Source: Mangrovibacterium sp. (GTDB lineage: Bacteria; Bacteroidota; Bacteroidia; Bacteroidales; Prolixibacteraceae). From it: DNA of 64,000 bases. Where the stretch lies: NCBI GenBank assembly GCA_050178015.1, contig JBFXGM010000012.1, forward strand, positions 31,967 through 95,966. Direction: 5' to 3'. Made by a program: the position numbers and the translations under genes. Shown piece after piece: positions 25,851 to 34,803 of the stretch (positions are counted from its first letter, which is position 1; each line of letters begins with the position of its first letter). The notes beneath the pieces are model-generated. The model was not told the origin of the DNA, searched no databases, and saw only the letters and a list, made by a program, of their open reading frames with translations.

Positions 25851-27635
25851 TTATTGAATAATGTTGACTTCTTTCGGGGCATCCCATTCGGTTTTGATGG
25901 AACCATCAGGCAGTTTGGTATGACTTACCGTAATTAGGCCAAAAGGAGTCGGGAAAGTACCTTTTGCCCATTGCAAATCGGCCAGATGGGGTTCGATACG
26001 AACGGCTCGGCAGCCCGGTTCCAGCACGCGGATGCCCAGCACATGCTCCGACAACCAGGCTGTTGGGCCCGATGCCCATCCATGGCACAAACTGTGGCGA
26101 TAACCAATATAGCAATAATCACCGTAGGCGGCATGAATGTCCACTTTGCCCTCGGGGATCATTTCGTCGATGCGGGCGGCATTAACGGTCCAGTCAAGGT
26201 TAAAATCTTCCCAAAACGTCGTGGCGCCCAAGTCGAGCATGGCGCCCCAAAAGCTACGGATGTTATCGATGGCTGTTTGATAGTCGCCGGCTTTGGCCTG
26301 GGCCTGCAACATGTAGTAGCCATAGAAGGTGGAGAAGTTTTTCGCCCCATCCACTGCAATCACTTCAGCATTGGCCTTTTCTGCAGGCATCAGGTTGGCC
26401 AGGGCCAGCAAAGCTGCTGCCTGCTTGCTGTGGTTCGGGTCAGGCAGGTACGTTTTCATCCTGTCTACCATTTTTTCACAAGCTTCTGCCCGTGACGGGT
26501 CACCCAACACGCGGCACAGTTCGGCTCCCCGCGTAAAAGTCATTACCATGAGGGCCTGTAAACCGGCATGAACTCCCTGCTCGTTGGTACTCGACGGCCA
26601 ATCCAGGAACCGCATTCCTTCTCCGTGCAAGTTCTCGCGCCCCAGCGAATCCACCTTCGTCAGGAATAAATCGAGCAGTCCGCTCAAATACGTTTGCTGT
26701 CCACGCAAATAGTCGAGGTTGCCATGGTGCAGATACCAGTCGCATTGAATATTCACCCACCACATCGAGTAAGCGCTGATGCCGTTCATCCAGCGCGGGA
26801 GCGGGGTTTGGTCGCGCACAAAATCGAGGCTTTTGGGCACCACGGGATTAGCGCCAAACACGGCGCTGATGGTCATCACTTCGGGGTGCATGTCGCCTAA
26901 CCACACCATCCGGTCTCGCTTAATGCCATCCCACAGGTATTCCTGCATATTCACGTGCACCGTATAGGCGCCGGTTTTCCAGATACCGTTCAGGCGGGGG
27001 TCGCTGCACTCGAACGAGCCCAGGTAAGGAATATCGCGAAACGTGGCATAGGCCCGAACTTCCAATAAATTGAGACTCGTCTCGTAATCGAGCAGATCAA
27101 TACGAACAAAACGAAAGCCCGATTCGCCAAACTCTTTGGTGCCATAACCCGGCAGCTCGGTCACAAAATCGCGCATGGCATGGTGGTTGGTTGCCCCGCC
27201 GGCAAGTCCGGTAGTACCATCGCCCACTACCTTGCTGCAAGTTTCGGCCACCGACTCGCCAAACCGTACCCGAATACGATGGGTTACCCGGTTGCTGGTG
27301 CAAGTGGTCATTTGGATTCCTCCCTGGATTTCTTTGCCAAAGTCGAGAATAAAGCCTGTGGTATCGCCGGCTGCATTCGTCAAGGTAGCAAAAGCTTCCT
27401 TTTTCAAACCAAATGCGGCCTGTCCTGTTCCAGGATTCAACAAAACGCCAAGGTTTCGTATTTTTTCTTCAGATTCGGCAGATTGCCAAACCACCCGTTG
27501 CGGGGCCAGATAATAGCGGGTCAGTTCATCTTTTTGCACCGAGTTGGCAGGAAGTTCGGACAAAACAGGCGGCAATTGAGCCGACAGTTGCAAGAATATT
27601 CCGAGAAGAACCACCAAGGAATAGAAAGGTTTCAT
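25851..27635 (-). CDS. Alpha-L-rhamnosidase (GH78)
   Basis: ILDFGKE, RVRFGESV, WDGIKRDRMVWLGD, GATTFWED, SLCHGWASGP. Confidence 0.88.
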   Translation of the reverse strand: MKPFYSLVVLLGIFLQLSAQLPPVLSELPANSVQKDELTRYYLAPQRVVWQSAESEEKIRNLGVLLNPGTGQAAFGLKKEAFATLTNAAGDTTGFILDFGKEIQGGIQMTTCTSNRVTHRIRVRFGESVAETCSKVVGDGTTGLAGGATNHHAMRDFVTELPGYGTKEFGESGFRFVRIDLLDYETSLNLLEVRAYATFRDIPYLGSFECSDPRLNGIWKTGAYTVHVNMQEYLWDGIKRDRMVWLGDMHPEVMTISAVFGANPVVPKSLDFVRDQTPLPRWMNGISAYSMWWVNIQCDWYLHHGNLDYLRGQQTYLSGLLDLFLTKVDSLGRENLHGEGMRFLDWPSSTNEQGVHAGLQALMVMTFTRGAELCRVLGDPSRAEACEKMVDRMKTYLPDPNHSKQAAALLALANLMPAEKANAEVIAVDGAKNFSTFYGYYMLQAQAKAGDYQTAIDNIRSFWGAMLDLGATTFWEDFNLDWTVNAARIDEMIPEGKVDIHAAYGDYCYIGYRHSLCHGWASGPTAWLSEHVLGIRVLEPGCRAVRIEPHLADLQWAKGTFPTPFGLITVSHTKLPDGSIKTEWDAPKEVNIIQ

Positions 27636-27682
27636 CGTTATTATTTTAGGTTCGTTATGCCATTTGTTTGTTTTCAGAAATG

Positions 27683-27711
27683 ACCTGCCTGACAACCTGG
27701 CTCAGGCAGGT
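27683..27711. other. Intra-operonic stem-loop without U-tract
   Basis: ACCTGCCTGA-caacctggc-TCAGGCAGGT, perfect 10-bp stem between the PKD and GH78 genes. Confidence 0.6.
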
Positions 27712-27726
27712 TCCCCGGAAAATGGT

Positions 27727-28800
27727 TCATTTCACGGCCACATCCCACACTTTGGCCATGCGCGATTTTCCTTCGGAGCCTTCCACCCAAAGCACCACCA
27801 CATATTTCCCGGGCTGACCGTACAAATGCACCGGATGTTGCTCGGTTGAACTGTTCCCGTCGCCAAAATCCCATTTCCAGGAGGTGATGTTTCCATAAGA
27901 TTCGTCGGTAAAAGCCACCAGACGACGGTCTGCATCCATAACCCGAAACGACCACTGCGCCTCCACCGGGCGGCGAAACTGTTTTTCGAGCGGCATCAGC
28001 TCAAACACCAGGCTGTACGAGGCATTGCCGTACATGGTGTGTTCTTTGGAAAGGTTCCAGAATCCGTTGTTGCTTTCCTTGTCCACATCGTCGTAGTCGA
28101 TGACAGCCCAGCACAGGCCAATTTTTTTGTGTTCGTATAAAACCGATTCAACAGCCCGCACCGGATCGTTCCCGGCGTAATCAAACGGGGTCACCCAAAA
28201 TTCGAGCGTGAGTTTACCCGCTTCTCCTGGTTCAAAGTCATAGCTGTAAGCCGCATTGGCATAAGGTAGTTCTTTGATCCAGGGCTGGCTGCCCCACACC
28301 AGCGTCCAGTCCTTTCCCTCGGCCGGAGTGAAAATGTGGTAATTTTGCGCATGTACCCCATGAAACGAAAACCAGGCCTCCATCGGGTCCATTTCCTTGT
28401 TGGGATGAAAGCGGTCGATAAACGGCCCGCCCGAGAGGTCGCCGTCAACAATCAGCTCGAAGGTGTCATTATGCAAATCGGGGCGTGAGAAGTCCCAGTA
28501 ATCGTCGTAGGCTTCGTACAGAAAGTAAAGCCGGTTCATGCCTTTCACCCAGCCAACTTTCACACTTACTTCCAGATTGGCGGGATTGGCAGTTTCATGC
28601 TTGCGGCTATCGTCCCAAAGCTGATCCATGCCCAGGGTATAATCATCCGGCACTATTTCCCAGTCGTCTGTATTTCCGTCGATACGCGGAATGTGGTCGG
28701 CTGGAAACTGAAAGACCTTGTATCCGCGGTTTTCCTGCGCCTGAATCACCAGCGTCAACAGCAGGCCGAGCGTCAGAAGGCAAAAAATTCTCATACGCAT
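27727..28800 (-). CDS. Exported protein, CBM9/DOMON-like N-domain plus C-terminal PKD domain
   Basis: Signal peptide; PRIDGNTDDW...RLYFLYEAYDD pattern; PKD FTDES...WKWDFGDG...HPVHLY..PGKYVVVL. Confidence 0.75.
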   Translation of the reverse strand: MRMRIFCLLTLGLLLTLVIQAQENRGYKVFQFPADHIPRIDGNTDDWEIVPDDYTLGMDQLWDDSRKHETANPANLEVSVKVGWVKGMNRLYFLYEAYDDYWDFSRPDLHNDTFELIVDGDLSGGPFIDRFHPNKEMDPMEAWFSFHGVHAQNYHIFTPAEGKDWTLVWGSQPWIKELPYANAAYSYDFEPGEAGKLTLEFWVTPFDYAGNDPVRAVESVLYEHKKIGLCWAVIDYDDVDKESNNGFWNLSKEHTMYGNASYSLVFELMPLEKQFRRPVEAQWSFRVMDADRRLVAFTDESYGNITSWKWDFGDGNSSTEQHPVHLYGQPGKYVVVLWVEGSEGKSRMAKVWDVAVK

Positions 28801-28828
28801 ATGGTTTGGTTGAGGTACATCAGTGCCT

Positions 28829-28900
28829 AAGTTCAATAAGTACATAAGTTGGCATAGAGTGGCTGCATCGCTTCGATGAAACTTATGTACTTATGAACTT
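28829..28900. repeat. 72-bp AT-rich inverted repeat (22/21-bp arms)
   Basis: AAGTTCAATAAGTACATAAGTT (28829-28850) versus AACTTATGTACTTATGAACTT (28880-28900), one indel; inner hairpin CATCG-ctt-CGATG. Confidence 0.85.
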
Positions 28901-28921
28901 TGTACCCATGCACTTCCCCGC

Positions 28922-30331
28922 TTATTCCACACTAAAAATCGGTTTGTCCGTCTTTATTTCTTCGGGATAAAACATGACGGCGCTGTCGTTCATTTTGAGG
29001 AATGAATTTTTCAGCAGGCTGATGATTTCGGCTCCAGCCAGCAATACCGGCCCGTAACCGTGGGCCGCATAAGGGTTAACCGGCCGATAATAATAAAACG
29101 CCGGGTCGAAAGCCATGCCGGTGCCCACGCAGGTGCCCAATACCTGTCCTTTATCGCTTACCTGGGTCGAAACCGCATTCCAGGCCAGCAGCACCATGCC
29201 CGAGTAAGCTTGTTTATCAATGTAGCCGCGATTGATGGCCCGTGCAATGGAATAAGCATAAATAGCTGTGGCCGAAGTTTCCAGGTAGGTCTCGTTGCGG
29301 TCAATCAGCTGGTGCCAAAAACCGGTACCGTCCTGATAAGCAGCCAGCCCGGCGATGTGGGCCTGCAGTTGGGCCAGCACCTCGGCATAGCCGGGATGCG
29401 ATTCGGGGAGTACTTCCAGCAATTCCACCATCGTCATGACGGCCCAGCCATTGGCCCGACCCCAGTGAAACTGCGGGTGGTGGGCCATTCCCTGTACCCA
29501 ACCGTGCATATACAGGCCTTTTCCGGCATTAAACATCCGGCGCGAAAACTGGAGCACCTGTTTCACCGCGTCGTCGTAGTATTGTTGTTCACCAGTCAGT
29601 TTTCCCATTTGGGCCAGCGCCGGAACGCTCATAAACAAGTCGTCGAGCCACAAAGTATTCAGATGAGGGCGGTTTCGGGCCAGCGTCCCGTCTTCCAGCC
29701 GAAACTCTTTGGTATGGATGTAATCGATAAAGTTCTCAATCATCGGAAGCAGGCTGCCGTCCTGTTTGGCGCGTTCAGCCTTGATCATGGCGGCACACAT
29801 GGCTCCGGCATCGTCGAGAGCATGCGGGTGCAGCACCGAGTGCACGGGCGAACTGCGGTCCACATCCAGATCGGGGTTTTGCCGGTAGAAGGCGGTAAGG
29901 TCGGCCAGCAACTTCAGGCGCGTATCGGTGTAGTCGGTGTAACGTTTATCGCCGGTAACCTCGCCAACCAAGGTCATGCCGGCATAGGTGACGCCCCATT
30001 CGTAACTGGTCAGGCGGAAGTCGCCCTGTTCCAGCATGGCATCGCGGGTAATCTGGCTGAAGTCATGAACTTCTTTGCCGGTTTTACGGTCAACCACTTT
30101 GGCCGGGGTCACCTCGTTCAGGTAATCGAAAACCCGATCGAGAACCGCTTTCACTTCGGCTTCCTGCGGAATACCATAAGGAATCGGGTAGTCTGGCTTC
30201 ATCAGGTGAAGCGGAGTGGTCACGTCGGTTGCTGGTTTTTCCTGGGCCTGAGCTCCCGTGATGTAGAGCCCGAGCACAACCAATGCCAGCTTTTTGAACC
30301 AGTTTTTAAACGAAAAGAATCTCATATTCAT
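28922..30331 (-). CDS. Unsaturated rhamnogalacturonyl/glucuronyl hydrolase (GH105/GH88)
   Basis: SYEWGV, HALDDAG, LWLDDLFM, FHWGRANGW, YLETSATA; signal peptide. Confidence 0.88.
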   Translation of the reverse strand: MNMRFFSFKNWFKKLALVVLGLYITGAQAQEKPATDVTTPLHLMKPDYPIPYGIPQEAEVKAVLDRVFDYLNEVTPAKVVDRKTGKEVHDFSQITRDAMLEQGDFRLTSYEWGVTYAGMTLVGEVTGDKRYTDYTDTRLKLLADLTAFYRQNPDLDVDRSSPVHSVLHPHALDDAGAMCAAMIKAERAKQDGSLLPMIENFIDYIHTKEFRLEDGTLARNRPHLNTLWLDDLFMSVPALAQMGKLTGEQQYYDDAVKQVLQFSRRMFNAGKGLYMHGWVQGMAHHPQFHWGRANGWAVMTMVELLEVLPESHPGYAEVLAQLQAHIAGLAAYQDGTGFWHQLIDRNETYLETSATAIYAYSIARAINRGYIDKQAYSGMVLLAWNAVSTQVSDKGQVLGTCVGTGMAFDPAFYYYRPVNPYAAHGYGPVLLAGAEIISLLKNSFLKMNDSAVMFYPEEIKTDKPIFSVE

Positions 30332-30372
30332 ACATTTATATTTATCAGAGTTACTATTCCAGACTTTCCAAA

Positions 30373-31803
30373 TCATTTTATTTCAACGGCTTTTAACCGG
30401 TCGGGATGGGCAGCTTCGCCTTTAAATCCGTCAAGCGCCAAGGCGGTAACATCGTGTGCCTCCAAGGCATGAGTATAATATTCAGGCCGGTTTTCGCCCC
30501 AGGAAACGGAGCTGTTGCTGATTATTACCTGATCGGCAAAACGGATGTAGAAACCCGGATTGGTGCGCATCTCGATACCCGGATACGCTTTTGTGGGTCG
30601 GTTATCCAGCAAGTTTCCCCGATACTCCGTCCAACGATTGAAGGTAACATGGACGTTTTCGAACTCGATATTTTCAATGCGGCTTTCTTTGGTTCCGTTT
30701 ATCCGGATGCTGTTTTCAGCCAGTCCGGTTACATTTTCAACCCGAACATTGCGGATCTGCCCAATCTTGCTTTCGGGAAGCCGCGGGATGGCAGTAAACG
30801 AGATCGCCTCTCCCCGTCCCCACCACGGGTCGGAGTGGTAACGCGATGAAAAAGTGATGTCGCGGAACGTAATATTTTCCACGTTGCCTTCGTCGCGCAG
30901 CTGGATGGTGAGGCCTCGACAGCTGGTTTTGATTTCGCAGCGTTCAAACAACACATTGAAAATGTCCTGAGTAGTTTCAGTCCCGATTTTTACGCCCGAG
31001 TCCTGCGTTTCGAGCACACAGTCGTGCACCCAAATATTGGCCGAAGGACCGTAGTCTTTATCCTGCCGGGTGGCCTTCACAACAATGGCATCATCGCCGC
31101 AAACAATGTGGCAGTGCCGGATTTCCACATTTCGGCAGTGGTCAGGATCTATTCCGTCGCAATTGGGCACATCCAGGTTATTGTGAATATTCATATTTTC
31201 AACCAACACATTTTCGCATCCCAACATGTGCAGGCTCCAGCTGGGCGCTTTTTCGATGGTAATATCCCGGACAACCAGCTGGGTACAACCAGTCAGGATG
31301 AACAATTTCGGACGCCAGCTTTTGGGTATCCACCATTCATTTTCAGTTTCATAATGGTCCATAAATTCCAGTGCCCGCCCGTTAATACTGCCTGTTCCGG
31401 ATATGGTGAGCTTGTTTGCCCCGTACGCCACAATAGCTGCTTCGCCCGAATAATCTTCCTGCTGCGTACTTACCAGCAGTTGAGCATCTCCTTCCAGGTG
31501 AAAGTCGATATCGCTTTTCAGCACCAGCGTTCCTATCAGGTATTTTTGTCCGGCCGGCACCAATACTTGTGCCTGGTTACCAACCGCAGCTGCTGCATCG
31601 ATAGCCTTTTGAATGGCCTCGGTATCCAGGGTCAGACTGTCGCCCTTCGCCCCAAAATCCATCACGTTGAAAACCATTCTCCCGGAATTTGGTTGGCAGC
31701 TGGCAGCCATGAGAAGAACCAGCATCAAGAGGAAAAATCCTGTTGCATGGCTTCTTTTAAAAAAAAGGAGAAAGTAGTAGGTAGTTCTTTTGTTTTGTTT
31801 CAT
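30373..31803 (-). CDS. GH28 family glycoside hydrolase (polygalacturonase/rhamnogalacturonase-like) lipoprotein
   Basis: FGAKGD, PNCDGIDP, GDDAIVVK, VKIGTE beta-helix motifs; lipobox MAAS-C. Confidence 0.9.
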   Translation of the reverse strand: MKQNKRTTYYFLLFFKRSHATGFFLLMLVLLMAASCQPNSGRMVFNVMDFGAKGDSLTLDTEAIQKAIDAAAAVGNQAQVLVPAGQKYLIGTLVLKSDIDFHLEGDAQLLVSTQQEDYSGEAAIVAYGANKLTISGTGSINGRALEFMDHYETENEWWIPKSWRPKLFILTGCTQLVVRDITIEKAPSWSLHMLGCENVLVENMNIHNNLDVPNCDGIDPDHCRNVEIRHCHIVCGDDAIVVKATRQDKDYGPSANIWVHDCVLETQDSGVKIGTETTQDIFNVLFERCEIKTSCRGLTIQLRDEGNVENITFRDITFSSRYHSDPWWGRGEAISFTAIPRLPESKIGQIRNVRVENVTGLAENSIRINGTKESRIENIEFENVHVTFNRWTEYRGNLLDNRPTKAYPGIEMRTNPGFYIRFADQVIISNSSVSWGENRPEYYTHALEAHDVTALALDGFKGEAAHPDRLKAVEIK

Positions 31804-31826
31804 TGCGTTAGGTTTTTGGGATTGGT

Positions 31827-32558
31827 TTATTTCAGTCGATAAACTTCCACATCATCAATCTCGTGGCGCGACCAAGTGGTGCGGATACCGAAATAGCCGC
31901 GGGTAAGCGGATTGTCATCCATGAAACTGAAAAATTCCTCCTCATCCACCCATACGCTGGTCTCCCCGTCTTTCACCACAATTTCGATCAGATACGTGTG
32001 GTTTGGTTTAAGCAGGTGGGCTTGGTCGGTCAGGTCGTGAACCAACACCCGGTTGCCATCGCCGGTGTATTTCCGGAAACGGGTGGTTTCGTTGTAGTTA
32101 CCGCCAATGCCGGCATAATACATCAGCAGCGAATCGTATTCCGCAAAGGCGCCGCTGCGGGTGAACAAGTCCGGGTTACGTGGGTCGCTGGCCATCCAAA
32201 ACTGGTTCATGTCCGAGAGCCGGTCGTTGGGGCCGTCTTCCGTTACCACCCGGCGTTTGTAGCGAATCAGTATGTTGCCCGACAGCTCCCGGTTCAGCCA
32301 AACAGTGGCCCCGCGGTCGGTGTCGATCACCAGCTTTTCCTGCTGAATGCCAATGTGAACCGTGGAATCCGGAGCTACTTCTACGAGCCAGTTGTTCATC
32401 CCCGAGTCAAATTTATCCTCAAAAAGCCGCTCGTCAATCCGCAATTTCTCATCGAATACCGAATTCTTCTTTTTCGGTTGGCAGCCTGAAATCCCAACGA
32501 CGACGATGGTCAAACCGAGCAAAATGATTGAAAGTCGGTGGTGAAGGTTTTGTTGCAT
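31827..32558 (-). CDS. DUF6250/YesU-like lectin-fold lipoprotein
   Basis: Lipobox ISG-C; GATVW, SDMNQFWMASDP, YYAGIGGNYNETTRFRKY, GYFGIRT. Confidence 0.7.
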   Translation of the reverse strand: MQQNLHHRLSIILLGLTIVVVGISGCQPKKKNSVFDEKLRIDERLFEDKFDSGMNNWLVEVAPDSTVHIGIQQEKLVIDTDRGATVWLNRELSGNILIRYKRRVVTEDGPNDRLSDMNQFWMASDPRNPDLFTRSGAFAEYDSLLMYYAGIGGNYNETTRFRKYTGDGNRVLVHDLTDQAHLLKPNHTYLIEIVVKDGETSVWVDEEEFFSFMDDNPLTRGYFGIRTTWSRHEIDDVEVYRLK

Positions 32559-32593
32559 GAGTAATTGTTTGTCGGTTCTTATTTTTGCAGTTC

Positions 32594-34753
32594 TTAAGGC
32601 AATTTCTGAAGGTTTTCCACCCGTACATTCCAGCTTCCGTCATCGGGGAAACCGGGGGCATTTTTATCCGGTGCATCATCCCAACCCCCAGCCATTAAAC
32701 CCACGGCAGCCAGGAAAGAGCCATTAACCGGCAGATAAGCCGGGTTTTTAATGCCTTCCTTGGGGCGACACACAAAGCCCGTTTTATGAAATTGTGCTTT
32801 TGGCACATCGTTGCAAACAATATCAATGGCTGTTCGCGTTTCACCTAAACGGGCAGCGGTTAGCGCCCCTTTTCCCAGGCTCCAGCTGACAAAACTTTCC
32901 AGGCCGTTTCGCTCAAAAATCGTTTGAAAAGTTTGATGCATGATGGCCTCATCGATTAGGGGTGTTTTTGGCAAATAGCCCAGTGCCATCAGCATGGCCG
33001 AAGAGAATCCCCCTTCGCGGTCATACATGTCATGGTCCGATTCCAGTTCGACGTATTTCCCGTCCTGAATGGTCGGTCGGGCCAGCTTGTTCAGGATATC
33101 GTCCCAATGCGGGTCCCGTTCCACCCCAAGCCGTTCACGCCAGTCCTGCGCCACTTTCAACCCGTAATACCATTGAGCAAGCTCAAAAGTGGGGTTCATG
33201 GTGGTGTTTTCCTCGGTGCTTTCGTTCACACTTTTAATGGGCGGTCCCAGAATGTATCGGTCGGTATTGGAATCAAACCAGGCGTATGAAGCCAGAAACC
33301 GTGCCGATTCGAACACGATGTCCTTGTATCGATGCAGGGTGGATGAATCGGGATGGGCACGATAAACAAGCTCGGACAAATAGATGGGATTGGGATGGTT
33401 CCAGATAATGAAAGGATTGATTTCCCCCGGACTGACCCGTCCGTCGATTCCTGCCATTTTCGGCCAGCGTGCCCCTTCAAATCCTTTGCTTTTGGCATCA
33501 GCCAGGGCAACCGGAAGTATTTTCTGATACCACGCTAGCCCTTTCTCCAGCAGTTCGGTGTGATTCCACTGGTAAAACTGTGCTGCATGAATCCAGTAAA
33601 CTTCCGAATTGTGTTTTCCATACCAGCTGAGATGGGCCAAGCCCGATTCCTGCGGCGGAAACGAACCGGCGTAGTGGACTTTCATCAGGTAAAGCGATAA
33701 CACAATGCCCCTTTCCAACTCCTGTGCCCTCGGATCGGTACTGCCGCTGAGGTCAACGGCGCCACCCTTTGTCCAGTAGTCCTGCCACGACCGGGCGCTG
33801 GCTTGCATGGTTTCGTCAAACGAAGGAAGGGCATCGGCCCCCCGTGAAGGCGAGAATTTGCACACCAGCGTCAAACTTTCCGAGCCCGTGCAGTCGAGCG
33901 AAAATTCGTGTTTGCTTGTCTGCTCCCATTGGGCTTTTCCCTGCCACTGAATCTCCACCACATAGCTGCTGGTATCGACGCTTCGCTGTAACACGATGCT
34001 GTTGGCGTCCTGTTCCAGTATGGCCGTATCGTGCTGCCCCGGCTTACTCCAGTCCAGCGGAGGTTTATTTTTAACCGACAAATCGTACGAATAGGGAAAC
34101 CGGAAGGCTGGTTTCAATTTTCCTGAGTTTAATCGTTCAGATTTGATTTTGAAGGCCACTGCGCTCGATTCCGGGTGGCTGACAGTTTCTACCGTTACCG
34201 GTTGGCCGTCGATTTTATATTTGCTGACAATCAGCCCTTGCCATAAATCCATCGTCTGATGAATGTCCTCAAGCATTTCCGGGGTCAGCGGCTCGCTATT
34301 TTCGCCCATCAAACTGATTTGCCCCATGGGAACGGGGTGCGGGTTTTTGCGGAAATAATCGCCTGCCGGACTGTTTTGGACACTGGCATAAAAAACCGGA
34401 CGTCCATGAAAATCGCTGGATTTCGAGGCATCTTTCAATTCAAAACCTTCGGTATTCGGGAACGAATGCCAAGCCCAGGTGGTGCGGGTTTCCAACGGGA
34501 TGCCATGTTGGAAATAGTAATTTTCGAATGATTGCATGCCGGTCACATCAGCTGTAAACGCAAAGTCACCGTTTCCGACAGTCACCGGTGCAAGCGGATC
34601 CAGCTCGTTCAAAATCACGTTGTGCCGGTTCACCCAGTCAAAACGATCAATCGTTGTTTCGGTACCCGAACCGCTTGTTTTTTGCCGGCAGCCCCCAAAG
34701 AGCAAAATGCCGGCAAGCAAAACGATAGGTACGATTTTAGTTTGGTGTTTCAT
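32594..34753 (-). CDS. Uncharacterised six-hairpin glycosidase-like lipoprotein (loosely GH65-like)
   Basis: Lipobox FGG-C; VNRHNV, GNGDFAFTADVTG, PPQESGL, WYGKHNSE, GARWPKM, IWNHP, NPTFELAQW, NGSFLAAVGLM. I recognise no characterised homolog. Confidence 0.6.
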   Translation of the reverse strand: MKHQTKIVPIVLLAGILLFGGCRQKTSGSGTETTIDRFDWVNRHNVILNELDPLAPVTVGNGDFAFTADVTGMQSFENYYFQHGIPLETRTTWAWHSFPNTEGFELKDASKSSDFHGRPVFYASVQNSPAGDYFRKNPHPVPMGQISLMGENSEPLTPEMLEDIHQTMDLWQGLIVSKYKIDGQPVTVETVSHPESSAVAFKIKSERLNSGKLKPAFRFPYSYDLSVKNKPPLDWSKPGQHDTAILEQDANSIVLQRSVDTSSYVVEIQWQGKAQWEQTSKHEFSLDCTGSESLTLVCKFSPSRGADALPSFDETMQASARSWQDYWTKGGAVDLSGSTDPRAQELERGIVLSLYLMKVHYAGSFPPQESGLAHLSWYGKHNSEVYWIHAAQFYQWNHTELLEKGLAWYQKILPVALADAKSKGFEGARWPKMAGIDGRVSPGEINPFIIWNHPNPIYLSELVYRAHPDSSTLHRYKDIVFESARFLASYAWFDSNTDRYILGPPIKSVNESTEENTTMNPTFELAQWYYGLKVAQDWRERLGVERDPHWDDILNKLARPTIQDGKYVELESDHDMYDREGGFSSAMLMALGYLPKTPLIDEAIMHQTFQTIFERNGLESFVSWSLGKGALTAARLGETRTAIDIVCNDVPKAQFHKTGFVCRPKEGIKNPAYLPVNGSFLAAVGLMAGGWDDAPDKNAPGFPDDGSWNVRVENLQKLP

Positions 34754-34803
34754 CAGTTTCAGTTTTGCAGGTAAAATTCCCGACTAAGTTAAAACAGAAC
34801 CGT

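Noticed and set aside
29060-30472. 470-aa plus-strand ORF opposite GH105
   Set aside because: Shadow ORF with no independent coding signal; the same applies to 31024-31842, 38992-39951, 41924-42928 and 54109-55029.
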